Counted from the first letter of the stretch, positions 18,708 through 29,776 are shown. The stretch is 56,011 nt of DNA from an uncultured Caldilineales bacterium (GCA_964650295.1 CAZYSY010000039.1:1-56011), one strand, 5' to 3'. Notes: generated from the sequence alone by a model not told the origin. Numbers and translations: made by a program.

Positions 18708-19610
18708 TTAAGCGCGCGGATGCGTTTCATCGTAAACTTCTCGCATCCGATCGGGGGTAACCTGGGTGTAGATTTGCGTCGTAGAGATGTTAGCATGCCC
18801 CAGCATTTGCTGCACAGAGCGCAAATCCGCCCCGCCGCGCAGCATATGGGTGGCAAAAGAATGTCGTAGTGTGTGCGGCGTCACGTTTTCTTTGATGCCG
18901 ACGTCCTGCACGTAGCGTTTGATGATGAGCCACAACCCCTGACGCGTCAGGCGAGTTCCGCGCCGATTGAGAAAAAGCGCCTGCTCGTTGTTGTGCTCTC
19001 CTCGCAGTTTTGGCCGGCCATACTCAATGTACTGGGCCAAAACTTCACGCGCTCGATCATAAATGGGCAGGATACGTTCTTTTTTGCCTTTTCCCATGCA
19101 GCGCACCGTGCCTTCTTCAAGATCCACATCAGCGACGTTGAGCGCCACCAACTCGCTGACGCGCAAACCTGTTGCATAAAGCAATTCCAACATGGCGCGA
19201 TCTCGCAGCGCAGCAGGATCGTTGCCCGCTGGAGCTTCAAGCAATCGATCCACTTCTTCGGCGGAGATTGTAGCAGGTAAATGTTTCTCTGCACGCGGCG
19301 TTTCCATATCCTTGGCCGGGTTAGTTTTGATTTGTCCCGCCGTCTCCAAAAACTTGAAGAACGATTTGACGGCAGCAACCTTTCGAGCCACGGTGCTAGA
19401 GGCGTACTCCCGTTCTTTCATCTCCAAAATGTAAGAGACGATATGATCCCGGGTCACATTTCCCCAACCACGCGGGCGCTGAGCGGGCGAGAGTTTCTGC
19501 AAAAAGATGAGAAACTGGTTGAGATCGTTTTGATACGCGGCCAGAGTGTTGTTGGAATAGCCTTTCTCAGCTTCCAAATAATCTAAAAATTGATTTATTT
19601 GCTCTTGCAT
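18708..19610 (-). CDS. xerD: Tyrosine recombinase XerD
   Basis: RDRAMLELLYATGLRVSEL, GKGKKER, HTLRHSFATHML, LGHANISTTQIY; AGGAGG RBS. Confidence 0.93.
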   Translation of the reverse strand: MQEQINQFLDYLEAEKGYSNNTLAAYQNDLNQFLIFLQKLSPAQRPRGWGNVTRDHIVSYILEMKEREYASSTVARKVAAVKSFFKFLETAGQIKTNPAKDMETPRAEKHLPATISAEEVDRLLEAPAGNDPAALRDRAMLELLYATGLRVSELVALNVADVDLEEGTVRCMGKGKKERILPIYDRAREVLAQYIEYGRPKLRGEHNNEQALFLNRRGTRLTRQGLWLIIKRYVQDVGIKENVTPHTLRHSFATHMLRGGADLRSVQQMLGHANISTTQIYTQVTPDRMREVYDETHPRA

Positions 19611-19748
19611 AAATACATCCTCCTAGAGAGGGCGCTCACAGAACTTGGTGGCTTGACGGCTATTTTAACACAACTTTGCATAAATGAAAAACCCAACATT
19701 TGCGAGGGGGCGTTTCAAAACAGAAGTTTTCCACAGACACGCAGCGCA

Positions 19749-20213
19749 CTATGTCTTTTTCTTGGACGTTTTCGAATCCTCTCGCTTGCGCGACTTTGTA
19801 CTGGAGGCACGCTTTGATGTGCGACGAGAACGCCCAGATGAGTATTTTCGGGCTGCATTTTGCTGCAAGAACATCTCGATCATAATCAACAGGGCAAGGA
19901 GGGCGAGAATCAGAACGCGATCGGCAAATCCGAGGATCTTCAACACGCCCAAACTGGCTACAAAAACGCCAGTCCAAAGACCAAACCGCCATCCCATGCG
20001 CCCAACTTCCTTATCGTCCTGCCTGGGAAGAAGTTTACGCAGAACCAATCGCCAAATGGGAGCAGAAAACCCCATTACAGCCAATAAAGTCAGGAAGATA
20101 GCCAATGCCAACCAGGGCATCGTGGGCGGGACGTAGATCACCAAAGCGATCAAGCCGGCGCTTGCCAATAGACCGACAAAAAGGCTACCAACCGTTGTAA
20201 TGCGTAACTTCAT
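19749..20213 (-). CDS. Hypothetical 4-TM membrane protein with basic tail
   Basis: 154 aa, four hydrophobic segments; upstream TG-C-TATACT at 20260-20252. Confidence 0.72.
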   Translation of the reverse strand: MKLRITTVGSLFVGLLASAGLIALVIYVPPTMPWLALAIFLTLLAVMGFSAPIWRLVLRKLLPRQDDKEVGRMGWRFGLWTGVFVASLGVLKILGFADRVLILALLALLIMIEMFLQQNAARKYSSGRSRRTSKRASSTKSRKREDSKTSKKKT

Positions 20214-20349
20214 GACAATGACGTTTGTGAGCTGAGATGAATCAACGGGTCAGTATAGCAAGAAATGGATGAAATCACAATGCTATTTGATTCGAATTCT
20301 ACCACCTGAGGTGTGGCGCCGACTTCCCCGGCTGACCAATAATTCCCCA

Positions 20350-20997
20350 TCAATGCGGCATTCTCGCAGCATCAAGCAATTCGTTGAATTTGGCATTGAA
20401 AGCTTCGGGGGTGCGCAGAACGAGACCATGCCAATAGGGCTGATCACCATAAAGCCCACAAATGCTCAACTTGAACCGATCGATCTTGCCAGAATCATGG
20501 TGAAATTGTAATTCGAACACCGGCGGACACCGCATGGGGGGCGTAAGTGGCAGGAGGGCATCCAGTGGCTCCAGCAATGCCCGGATATCGTCAGCAGAGG
20601 TGATGCTGAATGCCGGCGTCCGATGCTCCGGATCCGCATCGAGATCCATGAGCCAGAGCACATCAATTTGCGTTGTATCCACCAGCCCGGCGGCCTCAAC
20701 CAGATTCAAGCGTAGCTTCTTGGCCTTGTCTTGGCCACACTCGCCCCGAAAATAAGCCCAGGCGTCACATGATGTTGCATCATCGAACAAACACACGCCA
20801 TATTCATTGCCTTGCTCATCTTTGCGAGTTTCATAGATGAAGCCTTGATCGGTGCAATATTTCGCAGCGGGATTCGCCAGGCTTAGGGCGTTTTCATCAT
20901 GCGGCGGCGCTGTTTCCAGATGGGGCGGCGCACAAGATAAAAGCAATGGAGCGAAAAGAGCCATAAGCCAGCTTATGAAAATGTAACGTCTCATCAT
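20350..20997 (-). CDS. DUF333-domain lipoprotein
   Basis: Lipobox LLLSC; LANPAAKYCTDQG...GVCLFDDATSCDAWAYFRGEC; GGAGGT RBS before ATG 20997. Confidence 0.85.
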   Translation of the reverse strand: MMRRYIFISWLMALFAPLLLSCAPPHLETAPPHDENALSLANPAAKYCTDQGFIYETRKDEQGNEYGVCLFDDATSCDAWAYFRGECGQDKAKKLRLNLVEAAGLVDTTQIDVLWLMDLDADPEHRTPAFSITSADDIRALLEPLDALLPLTPPMRCPPVFELQFHHDSGKIDRFKLSICGLYGDQPYWHGLVLRTPEAFNAKFNELLDAARMPH

Positions 20998-21161
20998 CAC
21001 CTCCAGCCATGAGTATGGAAAAACGTCATCAGGCGTCATCATAATAATAGACGATTTGAAAAACACAGACAATAGGCTTTACCTGATGTTCGACTTTTTC
21101 ATCCTGAAAAGTGAACGTTGATGCTCTTATCGACCTTCCTGCAAACAGACAAATTCATGAG

Positions 21162-21229
21162 ACACGGAGAAACCTGGTAGATTCACGGAGGAAATTCTCC
21201 GAAATCCCTGATTTTTTCTTCTCCGTGGC
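21162..21229. repeat. Periodic palindromic element C
   Basis: acacggag, tcacggag followed by ctccgaaa, ctccgtgg. Confidence 0.55.
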
Positions 21230-21425
21230 AGGCTTTTATCATCGATCGGAAAGCGTGTCGCCTTATTGCCGATAATGTGCAGTATCTATTCAGATATTCC
21301 AATCAAAGGACGTCAAAATATCAAGAAAAGTTTCATAACGCCACAAATCCTCGCTCCCATCCCGCATCATCTTGTGATAAAATATCGACATCCTTCCCAG
21401 CCAACTTACGCATTCTAAAAACATC

Positions 21426-22388
21426 ATGACTGAAAATCCCCAATCTCCCCGCCCCACCATCTCCATCGTTGCTCCTGTGTACAACGAAGAAGCCATCCTG
21501 CATGAGCTTTACCGTCGTATTTCCGAAACCATGGAAACGCTAGGTGAACTCTGGGAGCTGGTGCTGGTCAACGATGGCAGCTGGGATAAATCGTATGAGA
21601 TCATGCTGGAATTGCATGAACAGGATTCGCGAGTGCATATTGTCAATTTCTCTCGCAATTTTGGACATCAAATTGCTATCACGGCAGGCATGGACTATGC
21701 CCAAGGCCAGGCTGTGGTCATCATCGACGCGGATCTGCAAGACCCCCCAGGCGTTATTCTGGAGATGGTGGAGAAATGGCAAGAGGGCTATGAAGTGGTG
21801 TACGCCATCCGCCGAGAACGTAAAGGCGAGACGCGCTTCAAGTTGTGGACCGCAAAAATGTTCTATCGCACCATCAACAAGATCACGGGCGTAAACATCC
21901 CCCTTGATACGGGCGATTTTAGATTGTTGGATCGCAAAGCTGTGGATGCATTACGCCAGATAAGGGAACATCATCGTTTTATGCGCGGGCTTTCAGTGTG
22001 GATTGGGTTCCGGCAAACCGGGGTGACCTATGTGCGTGAGGAGCGTTTTGCAGGCGAGACCAAATACCCCCTCAAGAAGATGCTCCGCTTTGCCATGGAT
22101 GGTATTACTTCCTTCTCCTATTTGCCATTGCAATTCGCCACCTACATCGGCTTCATCATCGCAGGACTCAGTGTTTTGGGAATCATCCTGACCATTATCC
22201 TGCGGCTTTCGGGCAGCCAGGCGTTTTATGGTCAAGCTACGACGCTGGTCATGGTGTTATTTCTAGGAGGCATCCAGCTTATTTCACTGGGGATCATTGG
22301 AGAATATTTAGGACGAATTTATGACGAGGTCAAAAATCGACCGCTCTATATTGTGGATGAAGCGGTGGGCTTTGAACGAGAGAAGTAA
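21426..22388 (+). CDS. GT2 polyprenol-phosphate glycosyltransferase (GtrB/ArnC/YkcC-like)
   Basis: [33 protein letters not shown], two C-terminal TM helices; TG-A-TAAAAT at 21375-21383. Confidence 0.93.
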   Translation: MTENPQSPRPTISIVAPVYNEEAILHELYRRISETMETLGELWELVLVNDGSWDKSYEIMLELHEQDSRVHIVNFSRNFGHQIAITAGMDYAQGQAVVIIDADLQDPPGVILEMVEKWQEGYEVVYAIRRERKGETRFKLWTAKMFYRTINKITGVNIPLDTGDFRLLDRKAVDALRQIREHHRFMRGLSVWIGFRQTGVTYVREERFAGETKYPLKKMLRFAMDGITSFSYLPLQFATYIGFIIAGLSVLGIILTIILRLSGSQAFYGQATTLVMVLFLGGIQLISLGIIGEYLGRIYDEVKNRPLYIVDEAVGFEREK

Positions 22389-22551
22389 GTGGCGGTTCAA
22401 TATCAGTAATTTCTTCGATCGCTCTTTTCTGCGCTTCGATTCGCCATAAGGGTTCAGGCAACGACGCCAGCTTACGAACTGACGCCCTTGAAAATATCAT
22501 TGGGGCTATCAATTTTCTCCGCGCCACCGTGGTGATTTGGAATAACGTTAT

Positions 22552-22905
22552 TTACCGAAAGAAATACACATATCCCGCCCCAACCCATAACGCCGCGCTA
22601 ACGATGAGAACAAGCAAAAAGATGGGCTTGCGCAGCTTGTGGCGAAAGAAAAACCTCCCGAGCCATGCCCCCGGCCAACCGCCCACGAGGGTGACGCTAT
22701 GGAGTACAATTTCGGGCACGCGGCCACCGCCAATTTTGGCCTGAGTTTTATCATAGCCATACAAACCAAATGCCGCCACACTCCAGGCCAAGAGCCAGGC
22801 CCAGAAAAAATCCAGCTTGAGAAAATAAAGCGCCCCCAACAGCGCCAGCAGACTAAGCGTCAACGCGATCAGCGAAAATGTGGTTTTGGGCTTGCGTTTA
22901 GACAC
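22552..22905 (-). CDS. DUF1294-family membrane protein
   Basis: YGYDKTQAK...RVPE...GGWPGAWLG...FRHK. Confidence 0.88.
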   Translation of the reverse strand: MSKRKPKTTFSLIALTLSLLALLGALYFLKLDFFWAWLLAWSVAAFGLYGYDKTQAKIGGGRVPEIVLHSVTLVGGWPGAWLGRFFFRHKLRKPIFLLVLIVSAALWVGAGYVYFFR

Positions 22906-22992
22906 CGGATGGGATCACAACCAGAGAAAACGCCCGCGATGGTTCATCGTGGGCGTTTAGAGCGTGAGGGGAAGAACACGCATATTTTATCA

Positions 22993-23268
22993 TCAGGCCG
23001 CTTGTTTGAGCATTTTCTCAATCGTGGGGCGCGGAGCGATATACCAAAGTCGATATTTCAACTGCCCAAGTTGCTGTTGTTTGTCAAATCGGCCCTTTTC
23101 AATAGCCTTCAATTTTCGAAATGTTTCAACGGCTCTCTGGTCGTTCATGTTTGCCTCTTTTTCTTTATGAAATAGAGCCTTAATTCGTTGGGCGGCCCGG
23201 ACTTTTGCCAACATCACAGGGTCTTGTTCCTGGGGCGCTTGGACGATTTCCTTTTGATCATCTGCCAT
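22993..23268 (-). CDS. Small hypothetical protein
   Basis: 91 aa charged helical ORF; GAGGT RBS 6 nt upstream. Confidence 0.6.
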   Translation of the reverse strand: MADDQKEIVQAPQEQDPVMLAKVRAAQRIKALFHKEKEANMNDQRAVETFRKLKAIEKGRFDKQQQLGQLKYRLWYIAPRPTIEKMLKQAA

Positions 23269-23418
23269 ATCCGCACCTCAGCGGCAAGGAGTATATTGTG
23301 CGCATCATTGCGCAAGCGGATAAATCCACTGGACGATTCCAGCCTGGCCATTATAGCATGGCTCAAAGGCCACTGCAAAGGAATCGAGCTTCCAAAGAAG
23401 TGTGCTCCAGCACAATTC

Positions 23419-23775
23419 CTATTCAGCAGATGTTAGGCGTTGTTGCAAATAAGCGCGTAGCGCTTCCGCTGGCGTTTTTTCAGTAGTCAGCACGGCATCG
23501 ACGCCGAATTTCTGAGCCAACTTCCGCTTGCTTTCCGCACCCATCCGCCGTCCAATAAAGACCGCGCAATCAGGCAACAAGTCGATAATCAACCTGGGAT
23601 CATCATGATGCTGGTGTTTTTCTCCCTGACCAGCGCCATAGGGATTTTGCCGATTTTCAAACAAAACGCCATCGAATGAATAAAGTTGATAAACTGGAGC
23701 GATGCCAAAATGCCCTCCCCAAAGATTTCCGTTACCGTCGGTGGCAATGGCGATAAACAGGCGTTGGATATTCAT
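23419..23775 (-). CDS. NifB/NifX-family (Fe-Mo cofactor biosynthesis domain) protein
   Basis: IAIATD...GHFGIAP...CAVFIGRRMG; start refined to ATG 23775. Confidence 0.8.
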   Translation of the reverse strand: MNIQRLFIAIATDGNGNLWGGHFGIAPVYQLYSFDGVLFENRQNPYGAGQGEKHQHHDDPRLIIDLLPDCAVFIGRRMGAESKRKLAQKFGVDAVLTTEKTPAEALRAYLQQRLTSAE

Positions 23776-23792
23776 AAGCATTGAGAATGAGA

Positions 23793-24065
23793 TCAAGACC
23801 ACTTGAGTGAGTAAGCATTGAAAGAACGACTCTGGAGCGGGCAGTGAGTCGGTCCTGGACAGGACCGAAAACAGGTACGCCCCTCGCACACGCGAATCTC
23901 GACGCCGCCGCCAGGAGCATCATCCATTGTCAAACGCCCTTTTTGCACCCAAAATTGGAGCATCCCTTGCAAGGCGCTGGATTGAATGTTCAATCGACGA
24001 CTGAGCTCGCTGACCGTTAGCGGGACTGGCGAAGTCTGAATCTCATGAAGAATCGCATGAAGCAT
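23793..24065 (-). CDS. feoC: FeoC-like winged-helix Fe-S protein
   Basis: ELSRRL...ALQGMLQFWVQKGRL; Cys cluster CEGRTCFRSCPGPTHC; AGGAGG RBS before ATG 24065. Confidence 0.8.
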   Translation of the reverse strand: MLHAILHEIQTSPVPLTVSELSRRLNIQSSALQGMLQFWVQKGRLTMDDAPGGGVEIRVCEGRTCFRSCPGPTHCPLQSRSFNAYSLKWS

Positions 24066-24134
24066 ATACAACCTCCTTTGAGTTGCGTTTTGACATCTCA
24101 AGGCGAAACAACCTCTAACCTATCGCTGGACAGA

Positions 24135-26366
24135 TCAGAAGAAGAGCATCTTTCCCCCTTGAAAAACCAGAAAGGCCGCGATCCATCCTAACATGAGTTG
24201 AATCGCAATACTCAACCACATCCAACGAATGCCGAGTTCCTGGCGTTGAGCCGCCATTGTCGCCACACAAGGACTATATAGCAGCACATAAACCATAAAC
24301 GCCAATGCGGCTAACGTCCCATAGCCGCCACTACTCTCTTCGAAACCCTGGCGAATGGCCGTCATTAGCGCTGGGGGCTCTGAATCGGTTTCGGAAGGCA
24401 GGAGGTTGATGCCGATGATCGCAGGAATGCTCTTCAGCGTATCCACAATCGCCTGAACCAGATCCACCAACGCCTCCTTTGCTTGAAGAAAGAAGCCCAC
24501 ATCTTCCACCTCCGCCGAGGCGGCCTGGGGCGCATGATACACCTGAGCCAGGGTGCTTACCACCACCTCTTTGGCAATGAAGCCCGAAATGAGCGCGCTG
24601 GTATTTTCCCAATTGCCAAAACCGAGCGGCTCGAACACTGGGCTGATGGCCCCAGCCAGATGCGCAAATGCACTATCGTCCACAGGTGTATGCGCAAAAG
24701 AGCCATCGCCCTCGACCGGGATCGCCATAAACAGCCAGATGATGATGCTGACGCTCATAATGATGGTGGCTGCGCCCTCTAAAAACGACCGGGTGCGTTG
24801 CCACATTTCAGTCCACACATTGCGCACCGTGGGCATGCGATAGGCGGGCACTTCGATAAGAAGAGCGCTCTCCTCTGAGTGTTTGAAGATCGTCCGGCGC
24901 AACAACAGTCCCACCAACAATGCCATGACAACGCCCAAAAGATACATGGCCAACACCGCCACCGTGGCGTATCGGGGGAAAAAGATGGTGGCGATCAGCA
25001 CATACACCGGCAGCCGGGCACCGCAACTCATAAAAGGCACTAACATTCCAGTAAGAATGCGATCGGAGCGACTTTCCAGGGTGCGGGTGGCGTAAATGGC
25101 AGGGACATTACAACCAAAACCGAGCACCAGAGGAACGAAACTCTTGCCGTGCAGTCCCAACTTCCGCATATAGCGATCCATCACAAAAGCGGCCCGGGCC
25201 ATGTATCCGCTATCTTCCATAATGGCCATGCCCATGTAAAGAAACATCAACACTGGCACAAAAACCAGAACGCCGCCCACCCCGGCCAACACGCCATCGA
25301 TGATTAAACTGGCTACCCAGGTGTCATGTAAATGCGCCAGAGCAAGCAGCTCGGTAACCCAATGTGCAAAATGTCCATTGACAAACCGGTCAATCCAATC
25401 GACCAGTGGGGCGGCGACATCAGTAGAGAGTTTGAAGATCACCCACATCACCCCTAAAAAAATCAACAAACCCGCCACAGGATGCGTCACGACCACATCC
25501 ACCCGATCGGAGAGCGTTGGGCCTTGCCGTCGCCCCTGCACCACCTGATCCACCAGATGATGAATCCAGGTGTAACGCTCGTCAGCAATCAGGGTGTCTA
25601 CATCTTCATGAAAAAGCTGACGCAGCCGCTCCGCTTCCCGATGGGCGACATCCAAAATCTTCTCCGAGTCGGCAACAGCCTTGACCTTGGCAAGGCATGT
25701 TTCATCCTCCTGAAGTAGCTTCAGCGCCAGCCACCGCAGCGGATAACGATCCCGCAATGCCTGGTGCTGACGCAGGACCTTGATTATGCGTTCGATTGCC
25801 GCCTCAATGGGCGGGCTATAACGCATGGGAGGGGTGTGACGCGCTTGCTTGGGCGCCGCTGGGCGTTGAGCCGCCACCACCATGTCGGACAACGCCTCTT
25901 TCAACCGATCCAGCCCTTTTCCGGCCCGAGCAGTCATAGGAATCACCGGGACGCCCAGCTGCTGCGACAAAGTCTCGATATCGATCTGCAACCTCTGACT
26001 TTGCGCCGCATCCATCATATTCAGCGCAAGAATCACCCAGGGCGTCATTTCTAGAATTTGCAGCGCCAAATAAAGATTCCGCTCCAGATTGGTGGCGTCC
26101 ACCACCACAATCACAGCGTCAGGCTTAGCTTCAACGATAAAATCACGGGCAATGACCTCTTCCGCCGAAAAGGAAGAGAGGCTATATGCGCCCGGCAAAT
26201 CGACGATATGAAAGACATCCTCGCCATGTTTCCATATCCCGGCCTTGCGCTCGACTGTTTTTCCAGGCCAGTTGCCGGTATGCTGGCTCGCCCCCGTCAA
26301 ATCATTAAAAATGGTCGTTTTGCCGGTATTCGGATTCCCCGCCAGGGCAACAGTATACTCAGGCAT
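24135..26366 (-). CDS. feoB: Ferrous iron transporter B
   Basis: [24 protein letters not shown]; gate motifs [25 protein letters not shown]; start ATG 26366. Confidence 0.97.
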   Translation of the reverse strand: MPEYTVALAGNPNTGKTTIFNDLTGASQHTGNWPGKTVERKAGIWKHGEDVFHIVDLPGAYSLSSFSAEEVIARDFIVEAKPDAVIVVVDATNLERNLYLALQILEMTPWVILALNMMDAAQSQRLQIDIETLSQQLGVPVIPMTARAGKGLDRLKEALSDMVVAAQRPAAPKQARHTPPMRYSPPIEAAIERIIKVLRQHQALRDRYPLRWLALKLLQEDETCLAKVKAVADSEKILDVAHREAERLRQLFHEDVDTLIADERYTWIHHLVDQVVQGRRQGPTLSDRVDVVVTHPVAGLLIFLGVMWVIFKLSTDVAAPLVDWIDRFVNGHFAHWVTELLALAHLHDTWVASLIIDGVLAGVGGVLVFVPVLMFLYMGMAIMEDSGYMARAAFVMDRYMRKLGLHGKSFVPLVLGFGCNVPAIYATRTLESRSDRILTGMLVPFMSCGARLPVYVLIATIFFPRYATVAVLAMYLLGVVMALLVGLLLRRTIFKHSEESALLIEVPAYRMPTVRNVWTEMWQRTRSFLEGAATIIMSVSIIIWLFMAIPVEGDGSFAHTPVDDSAFAHLAGAISPVFEPLGFGNWENTSALISGFIAKEVVVSTLAQVYHAPQAASAEVEDVGFFLQAKEALVDLVQAIVDTLKSIPAIIGINLLPSETDSEPPALMTAIRQGFEESSGGYGTLAALAFMVYVLLYSPCVATMAAQRQELGIRWMWLSIAIQLMLGWIAAFLVFQGGKMLFF

Positions 26367-26646
26367 CTCGATCCTCGGGCGTTCTGACCAGAATCTTATC
26401 AGCCATGCCCCGGCCAATGGCCAGCCGGGCGCCGCGCACGGCCACAAGCATCGGGCCGCCATTCACGTGCAGCACCTGGATGGTGACGCCGGGCGTCAGG
26501 CCCAGCTCGGTAAGACGACGAGCCAGGCGTCGCCCCGCGTCAATATGGATGAGCTGCACAGTCTCGCCGCGCCGCACACTGCTGAGGGGACGTCCCTGGT
26601 TATCATTCGTTTTACGGAGGGCCTGGGGCGTTGATGCTGTCGTCAT
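26359..26646 (-). CDS. feoA: Ferrous iron transport protein A
   Basis: [11 protein letters not shown]...[20 protein letters not shown]. Confidence 0.95.
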   Translation of the reverse strand: MTTASTPQALRKTNDNQGRPLSSVRRGETVQLIHIDAGRRLARRLTELGLTPGVTIQVLHVNGGPMLVAVRGARLAIGRGMADKILVRTPEDRDA

Positions 26647-26665
26647 AAAAGCCTCTGTGGATTTT

Positions 26666-27364
26666 TCAAAAAGATGTCACATCTATGATCTCAGGATGGT
26701 GTAGCGCCCCGGTGGGCGCCACCTCTATTTTCTGGGCGATGGTGAAATCCATCGAAATATGCTGTCCATTCACATCTAACAACATGGCTCGATTATCAGC
26801 CACCGCCAAAAGAACCACCTCCGCACCCGTGGTGACATGCTGCCCTCGCAAAAATGCGCTCAAGGCGTCATCTGGCGGAATGCCGACAATATGAGCTCGC
26901 TCTCCCACGGCGAGCGTTGCCAGCGGACGAGCAACCGGGCGGCGATCTGAAACGGATGAGGGCGGGATGGGTTGACGTTGGGGACTAAAGCGCGGTCGGC
27001 CTAAAAATTCGGCCAGACGCTCCGATAGATCATCAGGCGTGACATGCTCTAGACGACAGGCGATATCTTCAGCCTCTTCGGGTGTCAACCCCAACTTCTC
27101 TGAGAGGAACACCTCCCACAAACGTCGTTTTCGCAACACCCGCATGGCTACGGTCTCACCACGCTCAGTCAACGTCACACCTTTATAGGGTTGATAATGA
27201 ACCAACTCCTTTTCCTCCAGGCGACGACACATCTGATTGGCGGAAATGGGAGAAACGCCCAAAGTCTCCGCCAGCTGGGCGATAGGAACAGGTTCGCCGT
27301 CATGCGAAAGGAGCGCAATGCGGAGCAAATACATCTCCGCCGACTCAGACATAGAATTCGTCAT
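26666..27364 (-). CDS. DtxR/MntR-family metal-dependent repressor with C-terminal FeoA/SH3 domain
   Basis: SESAEMYL, PYKGVTLT, KRRLWEVFL, ACRLEH; C-terminal FeoA-like domain. Confidence 0.93.
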   Translation of the reverse strand: MTNSMSESAEMYLLRIALLSHDGEPVPIAQLAETLGVSPISANQMCRRLEEKELVHYQPYKGVTLTERGETVAMRVLRKRRLWEVFLSEKLGLTPEEAEDIACRLEHVTPDDLSERLAEFLGRPRFSPQRQPIPPSSVSDRRPVARPLATLAVGERAHIVGIPPDDALSAFLRGQHVTTGAEVVLLAVADNRAMLLDVNGQHISMDFTIAQKIEVAPTGALHHPEIIDVTSF

Positions 27365-27391
27365 AGTTATGTCCGACCATAAAAAACAACA

Positions 27392-27426
27392 TACTTATCG
27401 GTTAGCGTGTATCTTAACCGAAAGTA
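27392..27426. promoter_or_regulatory. Candidate autoregulatory operator palindrome
   Basis: tactt-a-tcggtta gcgtgtatct taaccga-aagta, 28-62 nt upstream of the regulator start. Confidence 0.5.
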
Positions 27427-27632
27427 TTTATGTGAGTCAAATTCCAGTTATCCTCTTGCTCACCATGACAACAGCACTATGGACTTGAAAAACGCGCATT
27501 CAACGCCACATTCTTAAGCACAAACATAAAACTTCACCTCCCCACCATACACCTTCGCCGCACAAAACGACGATAGCGTAAAACGCATATATTCGACGCT
27601 ACGCGTTGGATGGGGTATAATTTCAAAAAACA

Positions 27633-27775
27633 GTAACTACTAACGTACCCGACTTCAATCACCACAAAGGCGCAAAGACACTCAGAACACCAAGAATTTC
27701 AAAGTTTTTTCTTTTCTTCGTGCCTTTGTGGCTTCGTGTCTTCGTGGTTTCTAGCCGGGCTACCTTAGTAGTAAC
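27633..27775. repeat. Nested inverted-repeat element (element D inside outer imperfect IRs)
   Basis: Outer gtaactactaacgtacccg / cgggctaccttagtagtaac; inner accacaaaggcgcaaagacac... / ...gtgcctttgtggcttcgtgtcttcgtggt. Confidence 0.75.
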
Positions 27776-27997
27776 AAAAAACAACTCCATCCACGTTTTC
27801 GTTTTTGGATATCACAGAGGGCGGCCTTTTGAATTTCCTGGCAGTGTAAACCTCATTCATGGCAACGAAAAAACTGATCGCCCATCTCACTCCCGAAATC
27901 AAATTGAGCCTTTCCGCCAGCCCGAATTCGTAACAGCAAACGCTACCGGCCAACGACGTGTTAGCCGTTACGATGACAACCACACAACTCTGCCAAC

Positions 27998-29776
27998 ATG
28001 ATCGAAGGATACGTTGTCTTCGCCGTTCTGGTCGTCGCGCTTGTCGCATTCGCCACAGAACGCGTGCGCATCGACTTTGTGGCCCTGGCGGTAATGGTTG
28101 TCCTCATCCTGTTTGGGATCGTCTCACCACAAGAGGGGTTATCGGGGTTTTCCAATCCCGCCACCATTACAATCGCGGCGATGTTTGTGCTCAGCGCCGG
28201 GCTGCAACGCACCGAAGCGCCTGCCATAGCAGGGAACTACATCATCAGGATGGCGAACCAGAGTGAGAAGCGTCTGATTTTGCTTCTGATGCTTGCAACA
28301 GGCATCCTTAGCGCCTTCATTCTCAATACCGCAGTAGTGGCCGTTTTCATCCCCATCGTCCTTCGCATTTCCAAAGAAATGGATATTCCCCCCTCGCGTC
28401 TGCTGATGCCCATGTCATTTGGTGCGATTTTGGGTGGAACCTTGACTTTAATCGGCACTTCCACCAATCTCCTGGTGAGCAGCATCGCAGCGCAGGCAGG
28501 CTTGCAACCTTTTGGGTTTTTCGATTTTGCCCCCCTGGGAATGATCACACTTGCTGCAGGGGTGCTGTATATGTTTTTCATCGGTCGCCGCCTGCTGCCC
28601 AAGCGCCCTGTTGAATCTGATCTGCTGGGCAAATATGAGGTGCGAGAATATCTCAGTGAGATTGTCGTGCGTCCTGACTCTCCGCTAGTGGGTAAAAATT
28701 TAGGCAGTCTAGACCTGGCCGAGCGGTACGATATCACCGTATTGGACATTTTGAGAGATGGGCGAACCATCCAACTCCCTGGCTCTTCCCGTCGCATCTG
28801 GGCCAATGACGTGATCCTGGTGCGTGGGTCATTGGAACAACTTCTGGCGCTCCAGAAGGCTGAAAAACTTGAGATCATGCCCATCAGCGAAATGAAAGAG
28901 CAGGCGTTGTCCATGGATGACGAGATCGGATTGGCGGAAGTGGTCGTGGCTCCTGCATCATCCATTCTTGGTTTTACCATCAAGGAATTGAATTTCAGAC
29001 AACGCTATGGCGTCGAAGCTATCGGCATGCTACGCCGTGGCATGTCGCTGACCGGTAAATTCACCCACGAATCGATCATGTCCGGAGATATGTTGCTGGT
29101 GGTTGGCGAGAAAAGCAACTTAACCCGGCTTCGCAACAATCCCGATTTCTTGCTCTTGCTGGATGTCCCCATGCCGGCGCCGCACAGCTCACAGGCCTTC
29201 GGAGCCATCGGCATCATGGCGGCAGTGGTGTTTGCCGCCATCCTGGGAGCCCCCATAGTGGTCAGCGCCCTGGCCGGGGCGCTGTTGATGGTGGCGACAG
29301 GCATCCTCTCCTTGGATGACGCTTATGCCGCCCTGGACAAACGCGTGTTGGTGCTGTTGGCGGGCATCCTTTCGCTTGAGGCGGCCATGGTCAATTCGGG
29401 CCTGGCCCAATGGATGGGGGATGCGCTTTTGAATTTCTTTGGCGACGCCCAACCATGGTTGCTGGTGGGAGCATTTTATCTTATGTCAATGCTCTTAACT
29501 GCAGCGATGTCCAATCAGGCCACTGCGGTGGTACTGGCCCCATTGGCCATTTCCACCGCCCAAACGCTGGCAGCAAGTCCGGTTCCTTTTCTTATGGCCA
29601 TCACCTTTGCAGCCTCGGCAAGTTTCATGACCCCCGTTGGCTATCAGACCAATACGATGATCTACAATACCGGCCGCTATAAGTTCACCGACTTCACCAA
29701 AGTAGGTCTTCCTCTCAACCTGATTTTATTCATTCTTTCCACCTTACTCATTCCCATCTTCTGGCCATTGTATTGA
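27998..29776 (+). CDS. SLC13/DASS-family permease with two TrkA-C (RCK_C) domains
   Basis: [37 protein letters not shown]; two central RCK_C domains. Confidence 0.92.
   Translation: MIEGYVVFAVLVVALVAFATERVRIDFVALAVMVVLILFGIVSPQEGLSGFSNPATITIAAMFVLSAGLQRTEAPAIAGNYIIRMANQSEKRLILLLMLATGILSAFILNTAVVAVFIPIVLRISKEMDIPPSRLLMPMSFGAILGGTLTLIGTSTNLLVSSIAAQAGLQPFGFFDFAPLGMITLAAGVLYMFFIGRRLLPKRPVESDLLGKYEVREYLSEIVVRPDSPLVGKNLGSLDLAERYDITVLDILRDGRTIQLPGSSRRIWANDVILVRGSLEQLLALQKAEKLEIMPISEMKEQALSMDDEIGLAEVVVAPASSILGFTIKELNFRQRYGVEAIGMLRRGMSLTGKFTHESIMSGDMLLVVGEKSNLTRLRNNPDFLLLLDVPMPAPHSSQAFGAIGIMAAVVFAAILGAPIVVSALAGALLMVATGILSLDDAYAALDKRVLVLLAGILSLEAAMVNSGLAQWMGDALLNFFGDAQPWLLVGAFYLMSMLLTAAMSNQATAVVLAPLAISTAQTLAASPVPFLMAITFAASASFMTPVGYQTNTMIYNTGRYKFTDFTKVGLPLNLILFILSTLLIPIFWPLY

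Noticed and set aside
18708-19610. xerD as a prophage or island integrase
   Set aside because: Typical 300-aa XerD in a housekeeping context; no att repeats, tRNA or phage genes
19766-19790. T-loop-like ttcgaatcc suggesting a tRNA
   Set aside because: No cloverleaf, and it lies inside a membrane-protein CDS
23279-23306. dif-like site (minus strand GATGCGCACAA matches the E. coli XerC arm at 9/11), of interest because xerD is 4 kb away
   Set aside because: The XerD arm (CCTTGCCGCTG vs TTATGTTAAAT) does not match; more likely part of a promoter
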